DNA of 64,000 bases. Origin: Lentisphaerota bacterium. Its GTDB lineage: Bacteria > Verrucomicrobiota > Kiritimatiellia > RFP12 > UBA1067. Shown here piece after piece: positions 37,593 to 49,153 of the stretch. The stretch lies in contig SUWC01000003.1 in NCBI GenBank assembly GCA_015061665.1, forward strand, positions 23,292 through 87,291, in the 5' to 3' direction. Numbering within the stretch: the first letter of the stretch is position 1; each line of letters opens with the position of its first letter. Under the pieces are notes generated by a model, which was not told the DNA's origin, made no database searches, and worked only from the letters and a program-made list of their open reading frames with translations. A program made the translations under genes and the position numbers.

Positions 37593-37604
37593 GTTCAAAT
37601 TTCC

Positions 37605-38780
<1,176 letters not shown>

Positions 38781-38807
38781 AGTAACTGATCTAGCTGATT
38801 ATTGTGG

Positions 38808-39614
38808 TTAAAACTTCTTTGCCATCTGCACCTGACTGATTAGTTCTTTGAGTTTGGCCCCTGGCCATCGCTCGCGCATCAGCGCGGTGCCGACAAGGAA
38901 GCCGTCCGCGCCGGCGTCCCGAGCGCGGGCTATCGCCTCGGCGGAGTGCATCCCCGACTCGGCGATCCTCACGCACGGGCGCGGGATGCGCCCGATGAAA
39001 GTCTCGAGCCGCGACACGTCGCACTTGAAGTTGCGGAGATTCCTGCAGTTCACGCCGATCATCTTCGCGCCGACTCCGACCGCGCGGTCGATTTCGTTCT
39101 CGTCGTGCGTCTCCACCAGCGCCGCGAGCCCAAGCTCGTGCGCGAAGGCAAGGAGGTCAGAGAGCTTCGCGTCGTCCAGAACCGCCGCGATGAGCAGAAC
39201 CGCATCAGCCCCCGCCGCGCGCGCAGCCGCGATCTGGTAGGGCGACGAAAGGAAGTCCTTGTAGAGGATCGGAAGACCGACGACGCCGCGCACCGACTTC
39301 AGGTAGTCCTCGCTTCCGAGGAAGCGGTGCGGCTCGCAGAGGACCGACAGCGCGGCCGCGCCAGCGGACTCAAGCTCCTTGGCAAGTTCAAGCGGACGGA
39401 AGTCTTCTCGGATCATCCCCTCGGACGGCGACGCGCGCTTCAGTTCCGAGATGACGCGCGGCGTCCGCCCTTCGCCCCTGAACGCGCCGATGAAGTCGCA
39501 CGGCGCCGGCGCGGCGGAAGCGCGGCGCATCATCTCGTCGAACGAGACCTCCGCCTCGCGCAGCTCCGCGTCCCTGCGGCGCATGGCCGTGAGTTCTTCG
39601 AGTATGTCGCTCAT
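38808..39614 (-). CDS. trpC: Indole-3-glycerol phosphate synthase
   Basis: Motifs ELKRASPSEG, KDF, GVNCRNL, AESG. Confidence 0.95.
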   Translation of the reverse strand: MSDILEELTAMRRRDAELREAEVSFDEMMRRASAAPAPCDFIGAFRGEGRTPRVISELKRASPSEGMIREDFRPLELAKELESAGAAALSVLCEPHRFLGSEDYLKSVRGVVGLPILYKDFLSSPYQIAAARAAGADAVLLIAAVLDDAKLSDLLAFAHELGLAALVETHDENEIDRAVGVGAKMIGVNCRNLRNFKCDVSRLETFIGRIPRPCVRIAESGMHSAEAIARARDAGADGFLVGTALMRERWPGAKLKELISQVQMAKKF

Positions 39615-41221
39615 CGCATCGCCTCCAGCATCGCATGGAGCTTCGCGAAAGCGCGACCGGAGTCTACGGACTCCTTTGCCGCCGCAACGGAGTCCGCGTA
39701 GCTTGACGCCTTGTCCGCCACGAGAATCGCGGCAGCTGCGTTTTCAACCGCAGCGGCGCGGCGCGCCCCGCGGTCCTCGCCCTTCAGAACGCCCAGCAGG
39801 AGCTTCGCGTTCTCCTGCGCGTCGCCGCCCTTGATCGCGTCTAGCCCGAATCGCTCGCCGTATTGCCCGCCAGCGTCCAGAAGCGTGTTCTTGACGAGTC
39901 CGTGTTCCAGGGTGGAGACGAAGGTGAATCCGTCGGGGCTTATCTCGTCAAGTCCGCCCGACCCGCACACGACCATCGCGCGCTTCGAGCCGAGCCTCGC
40001 GAGCGCATTGGCGAGGACCATCGTGAGCTTCTCCTGCGGCACGCCGATCACGTGGCGTTTCGCGCCCGCGGGGTTCGTGAGCGGGCCAAGGAGGTTGAAG
40101 ACCGTCCGGAAGCCGAGCGTACGCCGGACGGACGCGGCGAACCGCATAGCGGGATGGAGATTGCGGCAGAAGAGGAACCCGACGCCCGTGCGCTTGACGC
40201 AGTCGGCCATCTTTTCCGCCCCCGCGGCAAGGTTGAGGCCGAGCGCGCCGAGCACATCCGCCGAGCCGCACATCGAAGTGGACGCGATGTTGCCGTGCTT
40301 TGCGATCGTGACCCCCGCGCCTGCTGCGATGAACGCCGCGGTCGTGGAGACGTTGAAGGAGTTGGATCCGTCGCCGCCGGTCCCAACGATGTCGACGGCA
40401 TCGAGTCCGCCGAGGTCGACTTTGACCGCGGCGTCGCTCATCGCCCGCGCCGCGCCCGCCAAAGCCTCCGGCGTAACGGGATTGCGCGCGATCGCCGTGA
40501 GAAAGGCGGCGAGTTCAGGCTCGCTGACCTCTCCGGAGAGAATGGACGCGAAGAAGCCCTCGGACTCCTCCTCTCCAGGCGTTGCGCCGTCGAGGGCTCG
40601 CGCGATCACGGCCTTGCGGACGGACTGCGTCAGCGTCTTGTGCGTGCGCCGGCCGATGGCCATCTCGAGAAAGTTGGCGAGCTGCTTCACGCCCTGGGGG
40701 GTGCCGATGGACTCGGGGTGGTACTGGAGCGACTCGATCGGCAGCGTCTTGTGGCGCAGTCCCATGATTTCGCCGTCCTCGCTTTCGGCGGATACCTCGA
40801 AGCAGTCGGGGAGCGTCGCGCGCTCGACCGCAAGCGAGTGGTAGCGCATGGCGGAGAAGCCCTGGTCGAGTCCGGCGAACAGCCCCTTTCCGTCATGGCG
40901 GATGCGGCTCGTCTTGCCGTGCATCAGGCGCTTGGCGCGGACTATGCGTCCGCCGAAGGCCTGGGCTATGGACTGGTGCCCCAGGCAGATGCCGAGGAGC
41001 GGCACCTTGCCGGCGAAAGCCTTGACCGCCTCGAGCGTCACGCCGGCGGAGTCCGGATTGCCGGGCCCCGGCGAGAAGACGATCGCCTGCGGGTTGAGCG
41101 CGGCGATTCCCGCCACGTCGATCTTGTCGTTTCTGACGACCTTCATGTCCGCGCCTAGCGCGCGTATCATCTGCACGAGATTGTACGTGAAGGAGTCGTA
41201 GTTGTCGATCATCAGTATCAT
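39611..41221 (-). CDS. trpGD: Fused anthranilate synthase component II / anthranilate phosphoribosyltransferase
   Basis: MILMIDNYDSFTYNL, GICLGHQ and QYHPES, followed by DIVGTGGDG, KHGN and FNLLGPLTNP. Confidence 0.95.
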   Translation of the reverse strand: MILMIDNYDSFTYNLVQMIRALGADMKVVRNDKIDVAGIAALNPQAIVFSPGPGNPDSAGVTLEAVKAFAGKVPLLGICLGHQSIAQAFGGRIVRAKRLMHGKTSRIRHDGKGLFAGLDQGFSAMRYHSLAVERATLPDCFEVSAESEDGEIMGLRHKTLPIESLQYHPESIGTPQGVKQLANFLEMAIGRRTHKTLTQSVRKAVIARALDGATPGEEESEGFFASILSGEVSEPELAAFLTAIARNPVTPEALAGAARAMSDAAVKVDLGGLDAVDIVGTGGDGSNSFNVSTTAAFIAAGAGVTIAKHGNIASTSMCGSADVLGALGLNLAAGAEKMADCVKRTGVGFLFCRNLHPAMRFAASVRRTLGFRTVFNLLGPLTNPAGAKRHVIGVPQEKLTMVLANALARLGSKRAMVVCGSGGLDEISPDGFTFVSTLEHGLVKNTLLDAGGQYGERFGLDAIKGGDAQENAKLLLGVLKGEDRGARRAAAVENAAAAILVADKASSYADSVAAAKESVDSGRAFAKLHAMLEAMR

Positions 41222-42648
41222 TACAGTTCCTCCGCAAACTTGACGGCCTCGAAGACGGCCTTGGACTTGTTGACTGTCTCCTCGTATTCCTTTTCGGGAT
41301 CGGAGTCCGCGACGATCCCCGCTCCGGCGCGCATCATTATGCCGTCGCCTTCCTTGAGAAGGGTCCGGATGACGATGGCGAAGTTCATGTCGCCTGTAAG
41401 CGAGAAATATCCGGCGGCACCGCCGTAGACTCCGCGCGGGGACTTCTCGTACTCGGCGAGCAGCTCCATGGCGCGAATCTTGGGCGCGCCCGAGAGAGTC
41501 CCTGCGGGGAACGTCGCCTTGAGCAGGCCAAATGCATCGTACTCCTTGTCGAGCGTGCCGGAGACGTTGCTTACGAGATGCATGACGTGCGAGTAGCGCT
41601 CGACATGGGCGAGCCCCGAGACCTTGACGCTGCCCGTCTCGCAGACGCGCCCGAGGTCGTTGCGCCCGAGGTCGACGAGCATGACGTGCTCCGCGTTCTC
41701 CTTCTCGTCCGCCTTGAGTTCGCGCTCCAGCTCCGCGTCGAGCGCGGCGGTTTTGCCGCGCGGACGCGTTCCGGCGATCGGCGCGGTCGAGGCGGTGCGT
41801 CCGTCGAGCTTCACGAGCTCCTCCGGCGAGGAGCCGATCAGCGTCTTTCCGCCGAGGCGCATGAAGAAGTTGTATGGCGACGGATTGATCATCCTGAGTG
41901 CGCGGTACAGCGCGAGGTCGGAGACGGAAGAGCGCGCGAGGAACTTCTGCGACGGCACGATCTGGATCACCTCGCCGGCCGCGATCGCCTCCTTGCACTT
42001 CGCGACCATCGCGCAGAACTCATCGCGCGTCATCTCGCTGACGAACTCCGATGCGGGGCCTCTTGAGGCGCGCGGCTTCGGAGCGCCTGCAAGGCGGGCG
42101 ATAGAATCCGCGCTCAGCATCTTCGCGTAGATGCGCTCTATCTGCGCCATGGCGTCCGCATAGGCGCCATCCTTCGACGCGTCTGCGATGACTACGATCG
42201 TAACCGTTCCGCGGACATTGTCGAACACAAGGAACTTGTCGCAGACGAGGAACGACATCAGAGGGGTCCCTTCGGCGCTCTTGGTCCTGATCCGAGGCTC
42301 GAAGATTCGTACTGCGTCGTAGGAGACATACCCGACCGCGCCGCCCTGGAAGGAAGGTATTTCGGGCGCGGGGTTGTAGCGCAGCGACGAAAAGCGCGCG
42401 CGGAGCTCCTCCAGCGCGGACTCTCCTTCAACGCGGCCGCACGGCTCGAGACCGAGGTAGGAGTAGCGTCCGCGCGTCTCCCCGCCGGCGACGCTTTCGA
42501 GCAGAAAGGCCTCCTCCGAGTCGTCGAGGCGCGAAAGCGCGGCGACTGGTGTCTCGCGGTCGGACAGGAACTCCTTGAATACCGCGACGCGGTCGGCATT
42601 CGCCGCGCGGCGGACGTATTCTTCTTCTGTAAGGATTTTCATGCTCAT
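41221..42648 (-). CDS. trpE: Anthranilate synthase component I
   Basis: Motifs LLESV..GRYSY, PIAGTRPRG, EHVMLVDLGRND, FPAGTLSGAPK. Confidence 0.96.
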   Translation of the reverse strand: MSMKILTEEEYVRRAANADRVAVFKEFLSDRETPVAALSRLDDSEEAFLLESVAGGETRGRYSYLGLEPCGRVEGESALEELRARFSSLRYNPAPEIPSFQGGAVGYVSYDAVRIFEPRIRTKSAEGTPLMSFLVCDKFLVFDNVRGTVTIVVIADASKDGAYADAMAQIERIYAKMLSADSIARLAGAPKPRASRGPASEFVSEMTRDEFCAMVAKCKEAIAAGEVIQIVPSQKFLARSSVSDLALYRALRMINPSPYNFFMRLGGKTLIGSSPEELVKLDGRTASTAPIAGTRPRGKTAALDAELERELKADEKENAEHVMLVDLGRNDLGRVCETGSVKVSGLAHVERYSHVMHLVSNVSGTLDKEYDAFGLLKATFPAGTLSGAPKIRAMELLAEYEKSPRGVYGGAAGYFSLTGDMNFAIVIRTLLKEGDGIMMRAGAGIVADSDPEKEYEETVNKSKAVFEAVKFAEEL

Positions 42649-42695
42649 GAGGTTTTCTTTGCCTTTTTGATTATGTCGTTTTTCGGAAAAACAAA

Positions 42696-42727
42696 TCGGG
42701 CCGAGTCTCCTAGGAGATCCGGCCCGA
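42696..42727 (-). terminator. trp attenuator terminator hairpin
   Basis: Minus strand reads TCGGGCCGGATCTCCTAGGAGACTCGGCCCGA followed by TTTGTTTTT. Confidence 0.8.
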
Positions 42728-42752
42728 GCTTTCGCGCTTACATGGATTTCAA

Positions 42753-42830
42753 CTATATGAGGAAGCGCACCGCAAGACCAGATCCGCAGTGGCGCCACCA
42801 GTAGTTGTAAACGCATGTTTTGTTCTTCAT
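42753..42830 (-). CDS. trpL: trp operon leader peptide MKNKTCVYNYWWRHCGSGLAVRFLI
   Basis: 25-codon ORF with tandem TGG TGG, directly upstream of the terminator hairpin and trpE. Confidence 0.85.
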   Translation of the reverse strand: MKNKTCVYNYWWRHCGSGLAVRFLI

Positions 42831-42891
42831 GCCCTATATTGTAGCATTTCCCCGCGCAGAGCGCAATGGGGGTCCTGATAGTTTTTTTTTC

Positions 42892-44637
42892 TTATTCGGC
42901 GGCGACGGGCATTGGCGCGATGGCGTCAAAGTCGACGACGGACGAAACGTAGCCGCTCTTCGCCTTCGCGAGCTCGGCGCGGAACGTCGGGTACTTCGTC
43001 TTGAGCCAGTAGTCAAGCACGACCTTCTTCTCGGGGAACTTCGCCGCGAAGCGCACGAACAGCGCTCCGACGACGACACCGATTGCGCCGTCAACAAGCT
43101 GGCGCGCGTGCAGGTCGTGGTAGGTCTTCCCGTCGGGATGCGCCTTGACGAACTCGACTGCGGAGTCGAGCTCGGCCGAAAGCGCGTTGACCTCCGCAAG
43201 CGCGGGAAGCAGGTCGGCGGGGATTTCGACGCCTTCCGTGATATCGGCGACGACGTCCCTGTAGAGCCCTGCCATCACGCCTGCGATAGCGGCAACGACC
43301 TGAAGCTGCGAGGTGCCCTCGTAGATGGACGTGATGCGCGCGTCGCGCAGATAGCGCTCGACGGGATAGTCCTTCATGTAGCCCGAGCCGCCGAGAACCG
43401 CGACAGCGCCGTTGGAGACGCGCGTGGACATCTCGGAGGCGTAGTACTTCGCCATTGGCGTGAGCATCTTGTTGAAGCCGGCGTACTTCTTCATGCGCTT
43501 GCGGACGTCCTGCGCCTCGGGAGAGCCCTTCATCGACTCGAACTTGCGCGTCAGGCCGTTTTCGAGGTCGACGGACTTCGAGGAATAGTAGGCGAGCGTG
43601 CGGGACGCCTGGAGGTCGACGGACATGTCGCTCATCAGCTCGCGGAGGGCGGGGAAGGTGTCGATCGTCACGCCGAACTGCCTGCGGCTCGCGCCGTATT
43701 CGCGCGCCGCGCGGTATGCGGCCTCGCCGATGCCCGTTCCCTGCGCGGAGATGCCGACGCGCGCGCCGTTCATAAGCGACATGACGTAGGTGATGAGTCC
43801 GCGCTTGCGCTGCCCGATCAGCTTCGCCGGCGCATTGTCGAACACCATCTCGCATGTGGGCGAGCCGTTGATGCCGAGCTTGTGCTCGAGACGGCGAACG
43901 CGGACCTGCGGGCACTTCTCGACGAGCAGGCAGCTGAGTCCAGCGCCGTTCGTCGTGCCGGGTTCGGTGCGGGCGAGCACGAGAAGCACGTCGCCGCAGC
44001 CGTTGGTGATGAAGCGCTTAACGCCGTTGACGAACCAGTTGCCGTTCTCGTCCTGCCAGGCCGTGGTCTTGACGCTCTGCAGGTCGCTGCCCGCGTCGGG
44101 CTCGGTGAGGACCATCGCGCCGGTCCAAGTTCCGTCGCAGAGGTTGGGAACGTACTGTTTCTTGATATCCTCGGACGCGAACTGGTTGATCGTCTCGGCT
44201 ATGCCCTGGAGCCCGAAGATGTTCATGAGCGCGGCGTCAGCGCGGCTGACGATGTCGTTGCAGGCCGTGAGGATCGTGCAGGGCATGTTGAGCCCGCCGA
44301 GGTAGTACGGAATCGTGCATCCGGAGAGGCGCGACGACCCGAGGAGCTTGACGGCCTGGGCGATGCCCGGGGTGTAGGTGACCGAGCCGTCCTCGTTCAG
44401 GACGTTGCCCAGCCTGTCCGTCTCCTCCGCAGTAGGCGCGATGCGGTTGCCGCAGATGTCCCCGCAGACGTCGAGAGCGCGCTTGTAGTTGTCGATCGCG
44501 TCCGCCGCGTCGGTCGGCGCAAAGTCGTATTCCTTCGCGTAGGAGAAGCCGTTTTCGAGAAGCTCGGCGACCTCTGAAAGGTCGAGCATGTCGATCGTCT
44601 TTGCGATATCCGGATTGTCTTTGTAGAAGTTGCTCAT
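42892..44637 (-). CDS. Acyl-CoA dehydrogenase family protein
   Basis: Motifs LTEPDAGSDL, GVKRFITNG, KLGINGSPT, RDARITSIYEGTSQLQ. Confidence 0.95.
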   Translation of the reverse strand: MSNFYKDNPDIAKTIDMLDLSEVAELLENGFSYAKEYDFAPTDAADAIDNYKRALDVCGDICGNRIAPTAEETDRLGNVLNEDGSVTYTPGIAQAVKLLGSSRLSGCTIPYYLGGLNMPCTILTACNDIVSRADAALMNIFGLQGIAETINQFASEDIKKQYVPNLCDGTWTGAMVLTEPDAGSDLQSVKTTAWQDENGNWFVNGVKRFITNGCGDVLLVLARTEPGTTNGAGLSCLLVEKCPQVRVRRLEHKLGINGSPTCEMVFDNAPAKLIGQRKRGLITYVMSLMNGARVGISAQGTGIGEAAYRAAREYGASRRQFGVTIDTFPALRELMSDMSVDLQASRTLAYYSSKSVDLENGLTRKFESMKGSPEAQDVRKRMKKYAGFNKMLTPMAKYYASEMSTRVSNGAVAVLGGSGYMKDYPVERYLRDARITSIYEGTSQLQVVAAIAGVMAGLYRDVVADITEGVEIPADLLPALAEVNALSAELDSAVEFVKAHPDGKTYHDLHARQLVDGAIGVVVGALFVRFAAKFPEKKVVLDYWLKTKYPTFRAELAKAKSGYVSSVVDFDAIAPMPVAAE

Positions 44638-44734
44638 TGTTTATCTCCATGTCAGTGATACAGGCAGAACAACGAGCTGCCTCCCCACTACTTATCTTAA
44701 TAGTATATCAAAAAATCGGCCTCAATGCAGAAAC

Positions 44735-45072
44735 TACGGCCAAAGCATTAAAAGCCGATCCTTCCCCTTCGGGGCCCCTGGATCGTTTTTAATGCGTTGG
44801 AAGTGTCTCAGCAACCATCAGCCAGTAGCGCAGTGTCCAATCCGAATGGTCGTGGCGCGTCTAGTGCGACCCTAGGACATACTAGGGGCAACAAATCGGC
44901 CGCGCCCGATGAATGCGCCTTGGACGCCTCCTGAAAGTCCAAGATGCGCGCCACGACCGCCCGGATTGGGCGCTGATCGCTGGTTGTTGGCTGCTGAAAC
45001 ACTTCCAACGCATCAAAAATTCGTTCTACACCGCGTCAGCGGGGGGAAGGAATTTTTGATGCGTTGGCCGTA
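44735..45072. mobile_element. 338-bp palindromic MITE with a 10-bp target-site duplication
   Basis: Termini TACGGCCAAAGCATTAAAA / TTTTGATGCGTTGGCCGTA, flanked on both sides by ATGCAGAAAC (44725-44734 and 45073-45082). Confidence 0.85.
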
Positions 45073-45073
45073 A

Positions 45074-45486
45074 TGCAGAAACCTAGCGAGGTGGGCGCAT
45101 GGTGCTTCCAGAGACCTATGCGACAGGAAAGAGCGTTTCACCTGCATCGGACCAATCTGCGAGGCAGGTGAAAACTTCGTCCGAGGCGCGTAAAATCAAG
45201 TGTTTTGAGCCGGATCGGCAAAAGGTTTTGAGAACTCCGACGGTTGAAAAAATCGGCTCCGTTACCACTTCGCCTTAGCTCCGCGTCGCGCAACCACAAT
45301 TTTGCCTCCGACTAGATTTCCTATATCTGGGGGCACCGCCCCCAGACCCCCAAAGCCGTCGCTGCAAATTTCATGCGGCTGAGCAGCGCGAAGCTCAGGG
45401 CGCAACGTTAGTGAAGCCTCTTTGCCAGCCGTCGGAGTTCCAATACCCTCCCGACCCTTTATCCGCTTGATAGCCGCTTCGACCGC
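45074..45486. repeat. Direct repeat of about 410 bp, copy 1 (copy 2 at 50934-51341); includes a hairpin of about 205 nt
   Basis: Near-identical outer parts with a more divergent centre. Confidence 0.9.
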
Positions 45487-45558
45487 GGCCGAGCGCCGTG
45501 CAGCGCCCAACTCGTTCACCATCGCGCCCAGATGTTGAATACAGTAATCAACGTCCAA
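45428..45558 (-). pseudogene. Internally deleted fragment of the HEAT-like gene at 59180-60304
   Basis: DYCIQHLGAMVNEL is joined directly to ARRSAAVEAAIKRIKGRE; both peptides occur in 59180-60304. Confidence 0.85.
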
Positions 45559-45591
45559 ATGATTCTCTTCACGTCAATATACCCTATACCA

Positions 45592-45942
45592 TCACTTGTA
45601 TTCCCGGGTTCTCATCGATGGAAACCAAACCGAAAACGCCCCTTTTGCGATGCGCCCTTCATGCAACGTCAAATACACAACAACACTGCTATCATAGCCA
45701 CACAAACTCAAAATAGGCGATACTATCCGTTTTCTCCCAATCATCACAACCTTACCCTTTCTTGATGCATTTCGTGGGAAGCGCTTATAAATTTCATTTT
45801 CAGATCGACCTTCCAGCAAAAGAGCCGCATGGACAAAATGCCTTTCCCTGTATAAATCTAGAAAAAGTATACCTGCAAACAGCACCGACAGAAATGCTGT
45901 TGCCATTATGTACTTATTGCGGAATACATTCATGACATTCAT
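45592..45942 (-). CDS. Hypothetical AT-rich membrane-anchored protein (orphan immunity-like)
   Basis: ORF with an N-terminal hydrophobic segment in the Rhs region. Confidence 0.4.
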   Translation of the reverse strand: MNVMNVFRNKYIMATAFLSVLFAGILFLDLYRERHFVHAALLLEGRSENEIYKRFPRNASRKGKVVMIGRKRIVSPILSLCGYDSSVVVYLTLHEGRIAKGAFSVWFPSMRTREYK

Positions 45943-46189
45943 AGGAGACCATAAAGCCTATTGCATAAGTTAGCGGCATTCGGGTCAGAGCTTATTAATA
46001 CAATCATTACACAACGATTTCTTTTCATAGCCAACGCCTTATTTCAAGCAACCGGCACAGCCCGTGGTGATCAGCGTGGGCGTAGCGGCGGACGCAGAGA
46101 TTGCCGCGCGCGCCGCGGCTGCGGCAATCAAGACCGCAAACAGATTTTCATCCTTGCGAACACTGGTTCAACTCCGCAAATTTACCTCG

Positions 46190-49153
46190 TCACTTTTCAC
46201 TTGATCCCGCCGCGGGAATACGGCGATAGCGGTAGCCGGAGAACGCCGTGTTTTTGAAGACTTTCCATACCGGATAAATCGTCCCGTCAGGGCGCACACG
46301 TTCCTGGTACAAGTCAATTCCCATGATCTCGTCCATGCTTGCCGAGAACACTTCATTGCCGTCGACAGTAATTGTCATCCGGTCCTTGCCCGCGGCAAGG
46401 CGGAAAGAGTGCGAATCCTTTTTCTCAAGATCCCCTTTGCTGACCACGAACTTCGGAGACCAACCCTCCTCGCTCTTGTCCTCGAACTTTACAGAATCCG
46501 GGATGGCAAGGTTCTTCCTTGTATACGATTCCACATGGTAGTGGTCACCAGATTCGTCACGCCAAAACCTTATGTACGGGAATGCCCACGAGTTTGAATC
46601 CATGCAAAAACCTACATAGGGGTGCGACCAGCCCCACCCGATGTTCCAGTATTTCTGCTTCGGATCCTTGTCCTCGAAGTGGATCGTCGCCTCGTATTCA
46701 TAGCCCAATCCTGGAAGAGGCGTCTGGATTCGGTAATACCCCCGCTTGTCATTGCGGAGCCGTGCACGGCCATCTTTAGCCGTTCCAGTCATTCCCCACC
46801 AGTTGACAGCCTCGTTTCCCGTGGGGGTCGGCATCGCATCCACCCATCCGCCGGCAGCCTCCTGCAGCGCCTTCCTCGCCCGGTAATAGCTGCGGGACGC
46901 AATCACGGATGCCTCCTCGCGAAGCCGTGGTGTATTAAGCATTTTCTCAGAAATCTTGAACACAGACTGCATGTCGCCTTTAGACATCGACTCCCCTAGG
47001 CGCAAAACGTCTTCGCGGGTTCTGCTGTCAGCCAAGGCAAGGAACATGTTTATCTGAGTCACATACTCTCCGTTTGGCGCGGCAAACCTCAGCCAGAGTG
47101 CGTCATGCCAGTCGAAGACGGATGCCTTGATCTGCGAAGCATAATGCCGTACCTTTTCCCAGTCGTCTAGCTGCATTGCCAGAGACATCGCCATGCTGCG
47201 GAATGTGTCGACGGACGGCATCAGCGGCTGCTCACCGGCCGCGATATACGCGTCGAACATCTTGAAAAGAGAATTTCGAAGTTCGGGTCCGATCACGTAG
47301 TCGCAGATGTTTGTATCGGTCGGGACGTGCTCAACTTCCCATCTATAAATGTTTTTCAACGCTGCTGCAGCTACCCGATACGAAAACGTCGAATCTGTAC
47401 GGACGTTGGCAACTGCGTTCGAGGCGACGGAATATAGATACTCCGTCGACCCGCCCCAGCGCGTCGTCTGCCCTTGAAGAACATTCGACAGATTCCACAC
47501 CGCGCCGTCGAGAGAGTTAGACACAGCCCTGTTAAACCACATCGCCCCATTGCCGCCACATCGAAAGCCGTAGTACTTAGCTAGCGCCATCATGGCGACG
47601 GCGCCGTCAGGCTTGATCTTCACAGCTTCAAGGAGGTTGGTCTCTCCACCGTCCTGTATTAGAGCCAGATACCTGTTTCCGACCTTCTCACCTGCCTTGG
47701 GGTCGGGACAACCCAGAGTGTCAAGCTTCTCCAATATGCGGCAGTCCGCCTCCTTGAACAACTGGGCGATCTTGTCAAACGCCGTTGCACGCTCGTCGAA
47801 TATCGACTTGTAGCTTTCGGACTTCTCCCGCTTGTTCATGTCAAGCCGCTTGTACACCCACTTGGCATGCCCCCAGCGCAACAGATAGCCCAACATCGGC
47901 TCTGCTCCGTCGTCATGCTTGGCAATCATCTCCTTGAACATCTTACCGCCCTGCCAGTATTGGGGCTCGCTCGCCATGCCCAAGTAACGAAGCAAACCGA
48001 CCGCCGCATCGCGGCACTTGGCCTTGTTCCACAGTTTGTCCGCCTCTGCGAATTCGGCACTAGTCGGGAACTCCTCGCGCGCCGTAGCAAGCTTGCGCAC
48101 AAGCGCTTCGCGCACCTTGACGATGCTAGCCGCCGTCTTTTCGTCCATTCCCTCCGGCGCATGAAATGAATCCACAATGTGCTTGCGCCAGAACGGCACG
48201 GCGACTTTTTCGAAGAATTCGGCGTCAGTGTGGGCATCCTCCGGCTTCGGCGAAACGAAAACCGGGCCTCGCCTTACCGGTTCCTCTTCATCATCTTCGT
48301 CGTCTTCTTCCTCTCCTTCATCGGCGTCGAGCTTGCCGGACTTCTTCTCCTCCTCGAATGCCTTGAGGGCCGACTTGAGCATCTCGAAGCGCGCTTCCTG
48401 TTCGCCGACGAGCTTCTGCTTGCGCGCCTCCATGTGTTCAGGGACCTTCATCGCCTTCGCTTCGGCGAAAGCCCGGTCATAGAGAGGAACGTACTTGGAA
48501 TAGACAGTGTCGAACAAGGCGATTTGCACTGCCTTCATCGCCTTGCGGAAGAACTTGCGCTGTTCCGACTTGGATGCATTCTTGTCCGGCTGCGGCAGCG
48601 TCGCCCTTGCCTTTTCCATCGCCGCTTTCGACTCTTCTTCCATCTGCTTGTCGTAGCGGTTGAGCACGTCCTCGATGGGCTTGATGTACTTCTTGACGTC
48701 CGGCGCGTCGCGGATTTCCGCGTCGAGCTTTTCGACATACTTTTCAGGGCCGCCTTCCGCGTAGCCAAGCCTCGTCACCTCCTCGCCCTTGGCATCGAGC
48801 ACGATGACGGTCGGGAATCCCGCAACACGGTACTTTTCGACGAGCTTCGGATTTTCCTCGGCGGCCTTCGGGGTAAGAAGCGCCTTGTCCATCGGAGAGT
48901 CGACCATCAAGAGGACGTACTTCTCGGCGGCGGCCTTGCGGAAGACTTCGGTCGCAAACACCTCCTTGTCGAGGCGCTTGCACCAGCCGCACCAGTCGCT
49001 GCCGGAGAAATCGGCGACGACGTGCTTGTTCTCGGCCGCAGCCTTCTTCAGCGCGGCATCGTAGTCGTCGAGCCAGCCCTCTGGCGTCGACGTCGCAGCA
49101 AAAGTCGCAAGCGAAAACATTGCGACGGACAATGCAGATATTGCTTTCATCAT
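46190..49153 (-). CDS. Large secreted protein with an N-terminal thioredoxin-fold (CxxC) domain
   Basis: Signal peptide, DFSGSDWCGWCKRL, GFPT cis-Pro motif, acidic linker, and about 700 aa I do not recognise. Confidence 0.75.
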   Translation of the reverse strand: MMKAISALSVAMFSLATFAATSTPEGWLDDYDAALKKAAAENKHVVADFSGSDWCGWCKRLDKEVFATEVFRKAAAEKYVLLMVDSPMDKALLTPKAAEENPKLVEKYRVAGFPTVIVLDAKGEEVTRLGYAEGGPEKYVEKLDAEIRDAPDVKKYIKPIEDVLNRYDKQMEEESKAAMEKARATLPQPDKNASKSEQRKFFRKAMKAVQIALFDTVYSKYVPLYDRAFAEAKAMKVPEHMEARKQKLVGEQEARFEMLKSALKAFEEEKKSGKLDADEGEEEDDEDDEEEPVRRGPVFVSPKPEDAHTDAEFFEKVAVPFWRKHIVDSFHAPEGMDEKTAASIVKVREALVRKLATAREEFPTSAEFAEADKLWNKAKCRDAAVGLLRYLGMASEPQYWQGGKMFKEMIAKHDDGAEPMLGYLLRWGHAKWVYKRLDMNKREKSESYKSIFDERATAFDKIAQLFKEADCRILEKLDTLGCPDPKAGEKVGNRYLALIQDGGETNLLEAVKIKPDGAVAMMALAKYYGFRCGGNGAMWFNRAVSNSLDGAVWNLSNVLQGQTTRWGGSTEYLYSVASNAVANVRTDSTFSYRVAAAALKNIYRWEVEHVPTDTNICDYVIGPELRNSLFKMFDAYIAAGEQPLMPSVDTFRSMAMSLAMQLDDWEKVRHYASQIKASVFDWHDALWLRFAAPNGEYVTQINMFLALADSRTREDVLRLGESMSKGDMQSVFKISEKMLNTPRLREEASVIASRSYYRARKALQEAAGGWVDAMPTPTGNEAVNWWGMTGTAKDGRARLRNDKRGYYRIQTPLPGLGYEYEATIHFEDKDPKQKYWNIGWGWSHPYVGFCMDSNSWAFPYIRFWRDESGDHYHVESYTRKNLAIPDSVKFEDKSEEGWSPKFVVSKGDLEKKDSHSFRLAAGKDRMTITVDGNEVFSASMDEIMGIDLYQERVRPDGTIYPVWKVFKNTAFSGYRYRRIPAAGSSEK

